This document shows, piece after piece, positions 23,412 through 34,395 of a stretch of DNA of 64,000 bases. Source of the DNA: Mustelus asterias (lineage: Eukaryota); the NCBI RefSeq assembly GCF_964213995.1, contig NC_135808.1, positions 50,716,001 to 50,780,000 of the forward strand, written 5' to 3'. Made by a program: the position numbers and the translations under genes. The notes under the pieces were generated by a model that was given only the letters and a program-made list of their open reading frames with translations, was not told the DNA's origin and searched no databases. Positions within the stretch are counted from its first letter, which is position 1. The number at the start of each line of letters is the position of its first letter.

Positions 23412-25900
23412 CATTAAGAATATTCAGTTTCTGTCTGGTGAGTGCTTTGGAAATGTCCCACCTCCCCATCAGCTGATTGGCTGCATTTCACCAAGTGATT
23501 GTCCTGATTGGCTGCTTGGCCTGTCAATCAATGACACATCTGCAGAAGATTGGATTCAAAGCCAATGATCATTCATTTGAAAATGATCAGTTTGATCTGG
23601 AATCTCTTGAGTGACAAGATTGAAAACAGAAAAGAAACTGAAAGTTGCTGGGATTAAACCATCACAATCACAATTCTCCACCCCATATTCACCACCTCCC
23701 CCTTGACCTTAACCATCTCACGTGGTCTCACTGCTCCCATAGTTTCAATCAGAGATCAGACCATCTCTGATCACTTCCTTGTATCACTCCCCAGCCACAT
23801 CCTCCTTCCACACCCCCAACCCTACCCCCTTCTGTATCCATCCCTCCAAAAACCTATCCCCAATTCACTTACAACCGCACTTTCCAATTCCCATCTATCT
23901 TAAATTTCATTTTACCAGAAGCCAGTTGATTCTCAGACCAGCTCTGTGGGGAGGCAACCCCTTTGTTTCCCCTCACCCAACTCTTCCAGCTGTGTCCATT
24001 CACTTACAACCGCACTTTCCAAATCCCAACTATCGAGTCTCTGGTCCTCCGATCATCACAACATTTCTGCAGCGACTGATTGGCTCCCCCTCACCCCCAC
24101 CTTTGATATCCTAATCCCCAATAAAACCATGATTCCCTCTCCCCCCGGCCGTTCCCCCTGCTCCGGCCTCATCTCCACTCACTTCATCCCAGGGACACAG
24201 ACTTGAAAGGATCTGGTGGACAACTGGTTTATCCATCCACTGGCTGATCTGGCTGGAGCACTTCAAACACTTCCGGCTCCTACTCTCATCTGCTAAAACT
24301 GTTGACTATTCCAGGATCATCCTGGAATGAGAAGATAAGCTGCGGCTTCTTTACCCAACTGCAGACCAACTTCTTAAACCCCTCTCCCCTGTCCCCTCCC
24401 CCCTCACCTCCAGCAACAAGTGTGAGGATCTCACCGAGGTCTTTGTGACTAAGATTGAGACAATCCAATCAGCTGCCTCTGCCACGTCCCTTCCTTCCTC
24501 TAACCATCTGGACAAACATCCTCTAATTCTACCTCCCCCCTGCCCCCCCGCCCCCCACCACCCCCCCCCCCCCCCACCTCCCCCGCCCGAGCCCTGAACT
24601 CACATCTTTCTCTAGTTTCTCTCCGATCCCCCACTCGTGGCTTCTCTGAGCTCATCTTGTCCATGAGAGCTACCTCCTGTTCTCAGTCCATCTGCTGCTG
24701 AAAGCCTCATCCATGCCTTTGTTCCTCTAGACATGACTATCCCAATACACTCCTGGCCGCTCCCCCACATTCCACCCTCCGCACACATCAGCTCATCCCA
24801 AACTCTGCTGTCCCAGTCTGAACTCACACCAAGTCCCGTTCCCCTATCACCCCCTGTGCTCACTGGCCTACACTGGCTCCTGATCAAGCAATGTCTTGAT
24901 TTTAAACTTCTCATCCTTGTTTTCAAACCCCTCCATGTCCTCACTCCCTCCCTCTCTCTGGAATCTCCTCTAGCCCTACAACCCTTCGAGATATCTGTGT
25001 TCCTCTAATCCTGGCCTCTTGTACATTCCTGATCATAATGGGCCCTATTTTACCATTGCGTCGCGCCCGTTTTTGGGTGGGAAAACGTGGTAAAGTCGGG
25101 TGTGAGGCCATTAACGCGATCCACGCCCGCGCCCGCGCAGATGGCTACTTTACCGAAACCCGGGAATGGTGGCAATCCGCTTCGCACCCAAAATGGGCGC
25201 AACGGTGATTTAAATGTATTTGCATGTATTTTAATTGAATTAATGAACTGCCCGCCCACCTTTATCAGCATTTCCCCCTTTACCGCCACGTTCGCCGATC
25301 CGGAATCGCGCCGAAACGGACATGCTGAATAAAAGTCTGAATCGGGCGCTCCAGCTGCTGAAGAGCGAGTTCAGAGCTTCCAGCGGCTCCCTGACTCAGA
25401 TCGGTGGTGGGGGGGAGGAGGGAGGCAGGTCAGAACATTCTCTGGTTGGGGGGGTGGGGGGAGGGGAGTGAGGCCAGATCGTTGTCTGGTTGGCGGGGGG
25501 CGGGGGGGGAGGGGCGGGGAGGGGCAGGAGGAGGAGATGGGTCAGATGTATCTCTGGTGGGGAGTGGGGGGTGGGGGGAGGGAGGACCGATCGTTGTCTG
25601 GTGGGGAGGGAGGAGGAGGCGGGTCAGATGTATCTCTGGTGGGGAGATGGGGAGGGGGGGGCCCGATCGTTGTCTGGTGGTGGGGAGGGCGGGGAGGGCT
25701 GATCGTTGTCTGGTGGGGAGGGAGGAGGAGGCGAGTCAGATGTTCCTCTGGGTGGGGGGGGAGTGAGGCCCGATCGTTCTCTAACGTGGGGGGGAGGAGG
25801 GAGGCGGGTAAGGTGTATCTCTGGTGAAGTGGGGGGGGAGGCCCGATCGCTCACTGGTTGGGGGGGGGTGGGGGGGCAGATGGGCAGTTGGGGGGGGGGT

Positions 25901-27238
25901 GGGGCGGCACGGTAGCACAGTGGTTAGCACTGCCCCAGGGATCTGTTCTGGGACCCTTGCTGTTTGTCATTTTCATAAATGACCTGGATGAGGAAGTGGA
26001 GGGATGGGTTGGTAAGTTTGCTGACGACACCAAGGTAGGTGGTGTTGTGGATAGTTTGGAGGGATGTCAGAAGTTGCAGCGAGACATAGATAGAATGCAA
26101 GACTGGGCGGAGAAGTGGCAGATGGACTTCAACCCGGATAAGTGTGTGGTGATCCATTTTGGCAGATCCAATGGGATGAAGCAGCAGTATAATATGAAGG
26201 GTACCATTCTTAGCAGTGTAGAGGATCAGAAGGACCTTGGGGTCCGGGTCCATAGGACTCTTAAATCGGCCTCGCAGGTGGAGGATGCGGTCAAGAAGGC
26301 GTACGGCGTACTGGCCTTCATTAATCGAGGGATTGAGTTTAGGAGTCGGGAGATAATGCTGCAGCTTTATAGGACCCTGGTTAGACCCCACTTGGAGTAC
26401 TGCGCGCAGTTCTGGTCACCTCATTACAGGAAAGATGTTGAAGCCATTGAAAGGGTGCAGAGGAGATTTACAAGGATGTTGCCTGGATTGGGGGGCATGC
26501 CTTATGAGGATAGGTTGAGGGAGCTTGGTCTCTTCTCCCTGGAGAGACGAAGGATGAGAGGTGACCTGATAGAGGTTTACAAGATGTTGAGAGGTCTGGA
26601 TAGGGTAGACTCTCAGAGGCTATTTCCAAGGGCTGAAATGGTTGCTACGAGAGGACACAGGTTTAAGGTGCTGGGGGGTAGGTACAGAGGAGATGTCAGG
26701 GGTAAGTTTTTCACTCAGAGGGTGGTGGGTGAGTGGAATCGGCTGACGTCGGTGGTGGTGGAGGCAAACTCGTTGGGGTCTTTTAAGAGACTTCTGGATG
26801 AGTACATGGGATTTAATGGGATTGAGGGCTATAGATAGGCCTAAAGGTGGGGATGTGATCGGCGCAACTTGTGGGCCGAAGGGCCTGTTTGTGCTGTGGC
26901 TTTCTATGTTCTATGTTCTATGTTCTATGCTGCTTCACAGCTCCAGGGTCCCGGGTTCGATTCCCGGCTCAGGTCACTGTCTGTGTGGAGTTTGCACATT
27001 CTCCTCATGTCTGCGTGGGTTTCCTCCGGGTGCTCCGGTTTCCTCCCACAGTCCAAAGATGTGCAGGTTAGGTTGATTGGCCAGGTTAAAAATTGCCCCT
27101 TAGAGTCCTGTGATGCGTAGGTTAGTGGGATTAGCGGGTAAATATGTAGGGTTAGGGCCTGGGTGGGATTGTGGTCGGTGCAGACTCGATGGGCCGAATG
27201 GCCTCCTTCTGCACTGTCGGGTTTCTATGATTTCTATG
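25901..27238 (+). mobile_element. SINE interrupted by a CR1 insertion
   Basis: SINE head to ...agcactgc at 25933; resumes tgctgcttcacagctcc at 26928; TGC duplicated. Confidence 0.88.
25934..26927 (+). mobile_element. 5'-truncated young CR1 LINE with open RT C-terminal frame
   Basis: PQGSVLGPLLF, KFADDTK, about 300 codons without stops; (TTCTATG)n tail. Confidence 0.95.
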
Positions 27239-28244
27239 GATCCCTGGTGGGGGGGGGGGGGGGAGGGGGGCAGGGGAGTCCGCGGCCACTCTGCGGGCAA
27301 TCGGTGGGGGGGGTGAGCGGGCAGGAGTCGCGATCGGTCTGGGTAGTGGGGGGGAAGTTGGTAAGAGGGACAGTGATGTCTGTGGGGGCCATCGCTCCCG
27401 CTTTTCGCTCCTGAGCCACTTTCTCCGCTTTCTGCGGTCCGGGAGCGATCTGACTTGGGCACACTTTTTCACATTTGTTTCCAACTACGCATGCGCAGTT
27501 CAGAGCTCCGATCGTTTCGGGCGCGCTAAGCCCCGCCCACACCGCGAATGGGACCCGCGGTTTTATTTTTCAAGCTGGGTGCGTATGGGGGCGCCTGAAA
27601 GCAGATTTCTCAGTCGGATCTGAATTGCGCCCAGATTCAGCACTTGGAATGAAAATGGTAAAATCAAGCCCAATGTCTCCACCATTGGTGGCCAAGCCTT
27701 CAGCTGCCTGGGTTCCAAGCTCTGGAATTCCCTCCATAACCCCCTCCACCTCTCCAACTCACTTTGATCCTTTCAAACTCTCATTGTCCACCTCTTTATC
27801 TCATCTTTGGTTGGTCTGAGCTCCTGACCCAGAACTTCCAATCTCCGGATGGTCGTATCCCGGATCTATGTGGGGAATTCCCCGAATTCCCCTATGTCTG
27901 GAACCCTCTGAATCTCGGACTGAAATCTGGAGAATTCAGATGTTTCTGACTTCCTGCCCAGAATAGTTACCCAGGAAAAGTTAGAACGATTCAGAGCAGT
28001 TCCAACACCGGGGTCAGTATAAAATTGAAACATGTCCCCTGCCTCCAAAGGGCACCTGTCTGACCCCCTCACCTTCCTGAATACCCACCTGACCGATTGG
28101 CAGCACCAAAACACCAACCACCCCGTGACCTGACCAGCCCTTCACAATATTCCCCAATCTCAAACTCACTCAAAGCCGCAACGCATCCGAACCCTCACCC
28201 ACCCCCGTGCCATCTTACCCCCCCTTACCCCCTAAAGCATTTGC

Positions 28245-28575
28245 CTCATCAATCACAGGAGGCATCACACACACACACACACACACAATTCCTAGCTCAT
28301 CGATCGTAGGAGGCATCACAAACACACACAACTCCCAGCTCATCAACAACAGGTAGCATCACACNNNNNNNNNNNNNNNNNNNNNNNNNNNNNNNNNNNN
28401 NNNNNNNNNNNNNNNNNNNNNNNNNNNNNNNNNNNNNNNNNNNNNNNNNNNNNNNNNNNNNNNNNNNNNNNNNNNNNNNNNNNNNNNNNNNNNNNNNNNN
28501 NNNNNNNNNNNNNNATAATTCCCAGCTCATCAACCATGGGAGGCATCACACACACACCACACACACAACTGCCAA
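28245..28575. repeat. About 40-bp CA-containing tandem repeat spanning an assembly gap (N 28365-28514)
   Basis: cccagctcatcaa...ggaggcatcacacac units occur on both sides of the gap in the same orientation. Confidence 0.85.
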
Positions 28576-28849
28576 TATAATACAACGTGCTTCACAAGAA
28601 CAATCTGAGACCAAGCCCCATGGGGAGATGAAAGGGATTAATTTATATTTCTCTTCATTTTTAGAGAGAGTACAAGCACTGGCAGAGCGAACAGTAAGGA
28701 GTTAAATGATAACTTACCCACATGTGAGCACAGTAAGAGAATTAAAACAACTATGATTTTAAGACATAGAAGTTGATATTCTAAATGTATTTCAAGTATT
28801 TTACTGTGATTGTACACTTTGGCCAATGCAAGGTACTGAAAGGCATGGT

Positions 28850-30528
28850 AGTGACCAAAATGGTTGACGAAGGAAGGGCCGTGGATGTTGTCTATATGGA
28901 CTTTAGTAAAGCGTTTGACAAAGTCCCTCATGGTAGGCTAGTGAAAAAGGTTGGATCCCATGGGATAAAGGGGGAGGTGGCTAGATGGGTGGAGAACTGG
29001 CTTGGTCATAGAAGACAGAGGGTGGTAGTGGAAGGGTCTTTTTCCGGCTGGAGGCCTGTGACTAGTGGTGTGCCGCAGGGCTCTGTATTGGGACCTCTGC
29101 TGTTTGTGATTTATATAAATGATCTGGAAGAAGGAGTAACTGGGGTGATCAGTAAGTTTGCGGACGACACAAAACTGGCAGGACTTGCAGACAGTGAGGA
29201 ACATTGTCAGAGGCTACAGAAGGATATCGATAGGCTGGAAATTTGGGCAAGGAAATGGCAGATGGAGTTCAAACCTGATAAATGCGAAGTGATGCATTTT
29301 GGTGGGAATAATGTAGGGAGGAGCTACACGATAAATGGAAGAACCATAAAGGGTGTAGAGACGCAGAGGGACCTGGGTGTGCAAGTCCACAGATCTTTGA
29401 AGGTGACGTCACAGGTGGAGAAGGTGGTGAAGAAGGCATATGGCATGCTTGCCTTTATAGGACGGGGCATAGAGTATAAAAGTTGGGGTCTGATGTTGCA
29501 GATGTATAGAACGTTGGTTCGGCCGCATTTGGAATACTGCGTCCAGTTCTGGTCGCCACACTACCAGAAGGGCGTGGAGGCTTTGGAGAGAGTACAGAGG
29601 AGGTTTACCAGGATGTTGCCTGGTATGGAGGGGCTTGGTTATGAGGAGAGATTGGGGAAACTGGGGTTGTTCTCCTTGGAAAGACGGAGGATGAGGGGAG
29701 ACTTAATAGAGGTGTATAAAATTATGAAAGGCATGGATAGGGTGAACGGTGGGAAGCTTTTCCCCGGGTCGGTGGTGACGTTCACGAGGGGTCATAGGTT
29801 CAAGGTGAAGTGGGGGAGGTTTAACACAGATATCAGAAGGACATATTTTACACAGAGGGTCGTGGGGGCCTGGAATGTGTTGCCGGGCAAGGTGGTGGAG
29901 GCGGACACACTGGGAACGTTTAAGACTTATCTAGACAGCTATATGAACGGAGTGGGAATGGAGGGATACAAAAGAGTGGTCTAGTTTGGACCAGGGAGCG
30001 GCGCGGGCTAATTGTTCCTTGTTTCTCGTTTCAAGGCTTCATTCTATGATCATCTTGCTGGTGCCAGTACAGAGCGAGACTGCGGATAGTTGGGAACCTG
30101 TCTCGGGGGCAGGGAATTCATATGGTGTTCGTGGAAGTGGAAATGACTAGGGTTGGGAAGCATTTTCCGATCAGGGCCATTGTGATCTCCTGGACTCGTT
30201 TCGATCGCCTCAGGGAGTCGGAGAGGAATTTCCCAGATTTTTTTTTCCCCATATTGGCCCTGGGGTTTTTCACTCTGGGTTTTCGCCTCTCCCTGGAGAT
30301 CACATGGTCTGGAATGGGGGGGTGGGGGTGAGTTAATAGGTTGTAATGAACAAAGCATCGTAGCTGTGAGGGACAGCTCGGTGGATAGGATATTGGTATG
30401 TAGATAGGCTGGAAAATTGGGCGGGGATCCTGGATTCAGGATTCAATCCTGGACCGGGGAGCGGCGCGGGCTTGGAGGGCCGAAGGGCCTGTTCCTGTGC
30501 TGTATTGTTCTTTGTTCTTTGTTCTTTG
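28850..30528 (+). mobile_element. 5'-truncated young CR1 LINE with long 3' UTR
   Basis: YMDFSKAFDKVPH, PQGSVLGP, FADD, open to 29984; (TTCTTTG)n tail. Confidence 0.95.
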
Positions 30529-30656
30529 TTTGTGGGAAAGGTAAAATGTTTCGAGCCAAAGGCCTGGAACCCATTAGTTTGCAAACTCATATCTGGGAGA
30601 TCCCGATGAGGGAACACATTGTGCAACATAATGTTTCAATCAATTCACCGCCCAGA

Positions 30657-30980
30657 CATAGAAACCCTACAGTGGAGAAAGAGGCCATTCGGCCCATCAA
30701 GTCTGCACCAACCACAATCCCACCCAGGCCCTACCCCCATATCCACCCACTAATCCCTCTAACCGACCTAGGGGTCTAAGGGGCAATTTTAGCATGGCCA
30801 ATCAACCTAACCCACACATCTTTGGACTGTGGGAGGAAATCGGAGCACCCGGAGGAAACCCACGCAGACACGAGGAGAATGTGCAAACTCCACACAGGCA
30901 GCGACCCAAGCCGGGAATCGCACCCAGGTCCCTGGAGCTGTGAAGCAGCAGTGCTACCCACTGTGCTACCGTGCCGCCCA
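30657..30980 (-). mobile_element. tRNA-derived SINE
   Basis: Full-length reverse copy. Confidence 0.9.
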
Positions 30981-31311
30981 ATACATACATAGAATAGACA
31001 TGACCCTGGATGCAGCAACACATGTTTATTCAGCTTGGCAGTGAGCTGGTAGGAACCTCCACTTTGACCCTTACGGTAGCATCTACCGCATCCAGGCAAC
31101 AGGGAAATAGCTTTAGTCAAGAAGTGAGTAATGTCCGGTTGTAATGGATGAATGAGAAACCATCATGCTGGAAAGTACTAAGTGGTTGGCTGAGGCATTT
31201 GGCAATAATTTATGTTAACATATGGACATTAAATGAAATTAATTTTAAACGAATGTAAGGCGGAGAATCAGATTAAGAAAATGTATAACAGTTCTGTTTT
31301 TACTGATAACG

Positions 31312-31608
31312 TCAAAACTGGCCTGAGAGGTCCCGATATTGTGTATCTGGAGCTGATAAAGGGATAGGGAATAAAGGAATTCCTCCCTTTCCTCCGTGCG
31401 TGGGAATGTGTGAACAGACCCAGCACTTGCTCAAATTCGATTGTGATGCATAGAGATAAGACATATACACAAAGGTGTTCATACAATAGACAGAGTCATC
31501 GTCACAGAGATGTTCACTGTGTCCCATCCCCAAATTCTCATAATTCCATCTATATTTTCCCACTATAGCTAACAGGGCCAGGGTCGTGAGAAGTAGCATA
31601 AAAAGCAT
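31312..31608 (-). pseudogene. env: ERV env N-terminus (signal peptide + gamma-type SU start), truncated
   Basis: MLFMLLLTTLALLAIVG signal; NTFVYMSYLYASQSNLSKCWVCSHIP contains CxxC. No TM immunosuppressive domain seen. Confidence 0.75.
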
Positions 31609-31769
31609 CTTATCACTTACTGATAACCCGCGTGACCGTTATACAACAGTCCAAAGGCTACCGCCCGCACGAAACACCGCGCACCCGTTCAGCTTGCTTG
31701 GAGGTTGGTCATTGTCTGTACATTCCTGCAATGGGAGGATATCACATAATTTCCCAATTAGTTTCAGCA

Positions 31770-32190
31770 TATTCTTTCAACTGAGTTTAATGACCTTTCC
31801 CCCTTATGTCTATGCAGGCACAGGTATCTTCACTAATTATAACTTCATACGGCCCATCCCATTTTAGTACAAATCCTGATTTGTCAGGTAGTGTTTTCAC
31901 TCGGACGTCCCGCTGTTGGGATGTCAGGGAGCATTTCAAGCTCTCTCTCTGCGTCTCTTATCTCCTAATTGTCTTTTACCAATTTACGCATCCCTTTTAG
32001 TTGTGTGCTTAGTTCCAAAACATATCTCCTGATTTTATCTTTTAGTGGACCTACATCGGTCCCACCTGTTATAATGCTTTCTAGTAATTGCATCGCCTGT
32101 CCTGTCATTAGCTCATAAGGGGTTAACCCGGTTGTTCGGTTTGTGGAAACCCTTAATCTCATTAGTATGGTGGTCAATACCTTTGGCCAC
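31770..32190 (-). pseudogene. Second, diverged integrase C-terminal fragment
   Basis: WPKVLTTILMRLRVSTNRTTGLTPYELMTG...KWDGPYEVIISEDTCACID, paralogous to 34396-35240. Confidence 0.85.
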
Positions 32191-34395
32191 AAAAGCCAGT
32201 GCATTATACATTTAACTACATACCCCCCTTGCATAGAAAGCTTAGTGTACTTAAACTCATATACCATACAGCTCCGATCTTTGTATGATGTATCTTACAT
32301 TATATCTAATATGATCATTTGTTTGAGCAGAAATGATCCCTCTACAGGCAGATTGTCTCATAAGGTAAACAACAGTGTTCCGTGGTCACTGAGCCAGACA
32401 CAGCTCTTTAAAAACACAGATAACCGAATGAGCTATCTGTTGTGTTCAGTCGAATGCTGCAAGATTTTTGAGTCTGGTTGTAAGGCCAGTCACCAACTCT
32501 TTCTCTCTCTCTCTCTCTCAAGTCATCCGGTTTCACTTCCTGTCGTCTTAATGTTAATTGTGCAAGTTATTACAAATTATGGCAAAGAATGGTTAAATGT
32601 TTGGAATAAATAGCCTTTTCTTCCACAGAATTATGTTGTATCAATACACAATATATATCAACATATAAAATTGGTTAAGGCTCTCTAGGATTTGATTCTC
32701 TCGGGTATATCCAAACCCTCTTAATTTAAGTCATTTTTATTTTTAAGCTGCTCCAGATCGGAATCCCTGCATTTTAGAACAATAACAAGCACAATACATA
32801 TAATAATAACAATTGTTACTTGATTAGAAATGTTTTGGTTTGATTCCTAGCTGGCTACGTTTTAAGCTTTGCAGTGTTTTTACATCTGGAAAACCTTGAA
32901 CAATAGATGGCACACGCAATTCCAACGGCAGTATCTAATTTTACAGAAGTATCATCAATGTGAGATGGTTTAAATGATGTAATTTGTTGCATGTTATCGG
33001 AACATCACAAATTTCATATTATTATCATTTTATTTAAAAATAACTAACTGGTAACACAAGTTCCAACAATTCATGGTGTTTAAAAATACTCAAGGACAAC
33101 ATCTTTATTTGTATTAACAACTGAGGTTAATCTCCTGCTGTAACTTGGGGTAATCAGAACTACGATTCATTTCACTGATTTGATACACTTTAAACTGACT
33201 CAGAGACAGTATATTCATCTTATTCTTTTGTTCCTGCTTTTCTTTGTTTTCACAAAATTACCTTTCTTTTAACTTCTCAACTACACTCTTATAATTTCAA
33301 CTTCAAGACAAGGAAAGAGCACATGGTCCTTCCAAGGTTTAACTCCTTTCTCAACATTAAAACATTCAAGCGAACACCAACAAAACATTCACGCAATCAC
33401 GTTGTTAAACACACAGATACACATGGAAGCTTCCAACCTTTATTCAGACTTAACATCTTAAACTGGGATGAAAATAAAACATTGAAGAAAACTGAACGTT
33501 GACTAACAGTCGCTTTTATTCTGCTGTTTTCCAAACTGTAATTCAACTCAAAACAGAAGTAAATTCAAGAAATCTCATCACTTTAATTTCGAACAATTTG
33601 TAACAAACACTTTCCCAGCATTTTCTTATCTCAATTATATGGATTTGTCAATTTGGTATTATAGGCGGGCACTCCCTTTTAGCCTGTCTGGCGTTTAATA
33701 CAGTTTCATGGTTGATCCGTGTAACACATTTTAATTAGAATGCATTATGGCCGTATAATGATTCCCAGCATTACACACACACACTCCCATTCTACCTTCT
33801 GTAACTCCCTTCTCTGTTAAGTTTTGACTCTATATCTTAAGATTACTCCAAGTCTTATAACATGAATTTCCTGTGGCGGAAAGGATGGATTAGTTCTCTG
33901 CTCGTTTCAGCAGAGAGACGGAGGGGTAAGTTCACTGAGCTGAACATAAACAAGTGATTAATCATCACTTCAAATACGCAGGAATAATTCTTTCCATTTA
34001 TCTTTTCATTGTCAATTCTATCAAGAGTACATTTTATGACAAAAGCCTGATCCAAACAATCCATTTATTTTTGTCACTTTTTAAATATCTCTACTTATTA
34101 AGACATTTGCACTTTCTCACAGACTCTCCGGTTTAAGCTCAAGCTGAGCGCATAATTAATTATTTCTCTTAAATGGTTAACTCTCCTTACAACTCTTCAG
34201 CTGTAATGTAATGCACGCCTGTAAAATTTCAACTGGGGAGAATAGTTTATTAAACATTGATCTGCGGTACCCTCTTCCACCACATGTGGCTCTCGATCGC
34301 ACACTTTCACCCCTCTCTCTCTCTCTCTTTCCCTTGTCAAGAGAGAGAGAGAGAGAAACTCTCAGCCTGCTGGTGTTTAACCCTTTACTCCCCTC

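Larger units (their letters stand above)
25040..27671. mobile_element. Non-autonomous PIF/Harbinger-like DNA transposon
   Basis: Imperfect 18-bp TIRs GGGCcctATTTTACCATT / AATGGTAAAATcaaGCCC; 3-bp TSD AAT (25037-25039, 27672-27674); CpG-rich; internal G-rich minisatellite 25400-25900. Confidence 0.82.
23680..27820 (+). mobile_element. Decayed L2-type LINE split by a DNA transposon at 25040-27671
   Basis: ISDHFLV, LSPPVLTGLHWLLIKQCLDFKLLILVFK. Sequence resumes after 27674 with STIGGQAFSCLGSKLWNSLH. Confidence 0.8.

Noticed and set aside
28365-28514. Inversion explained by simple contig flipping at the gap
   Set aside because: The same tandem unit occurs in the same orientation on both sides and the arms differ structurally. 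A mis-join is still not excluded without reads.
28575-31310. Continuation of env (TM subunit)
   Set aside because: No furin site, immunosuppressive domain or CX6CC motif recognised in the non-TE pieces.
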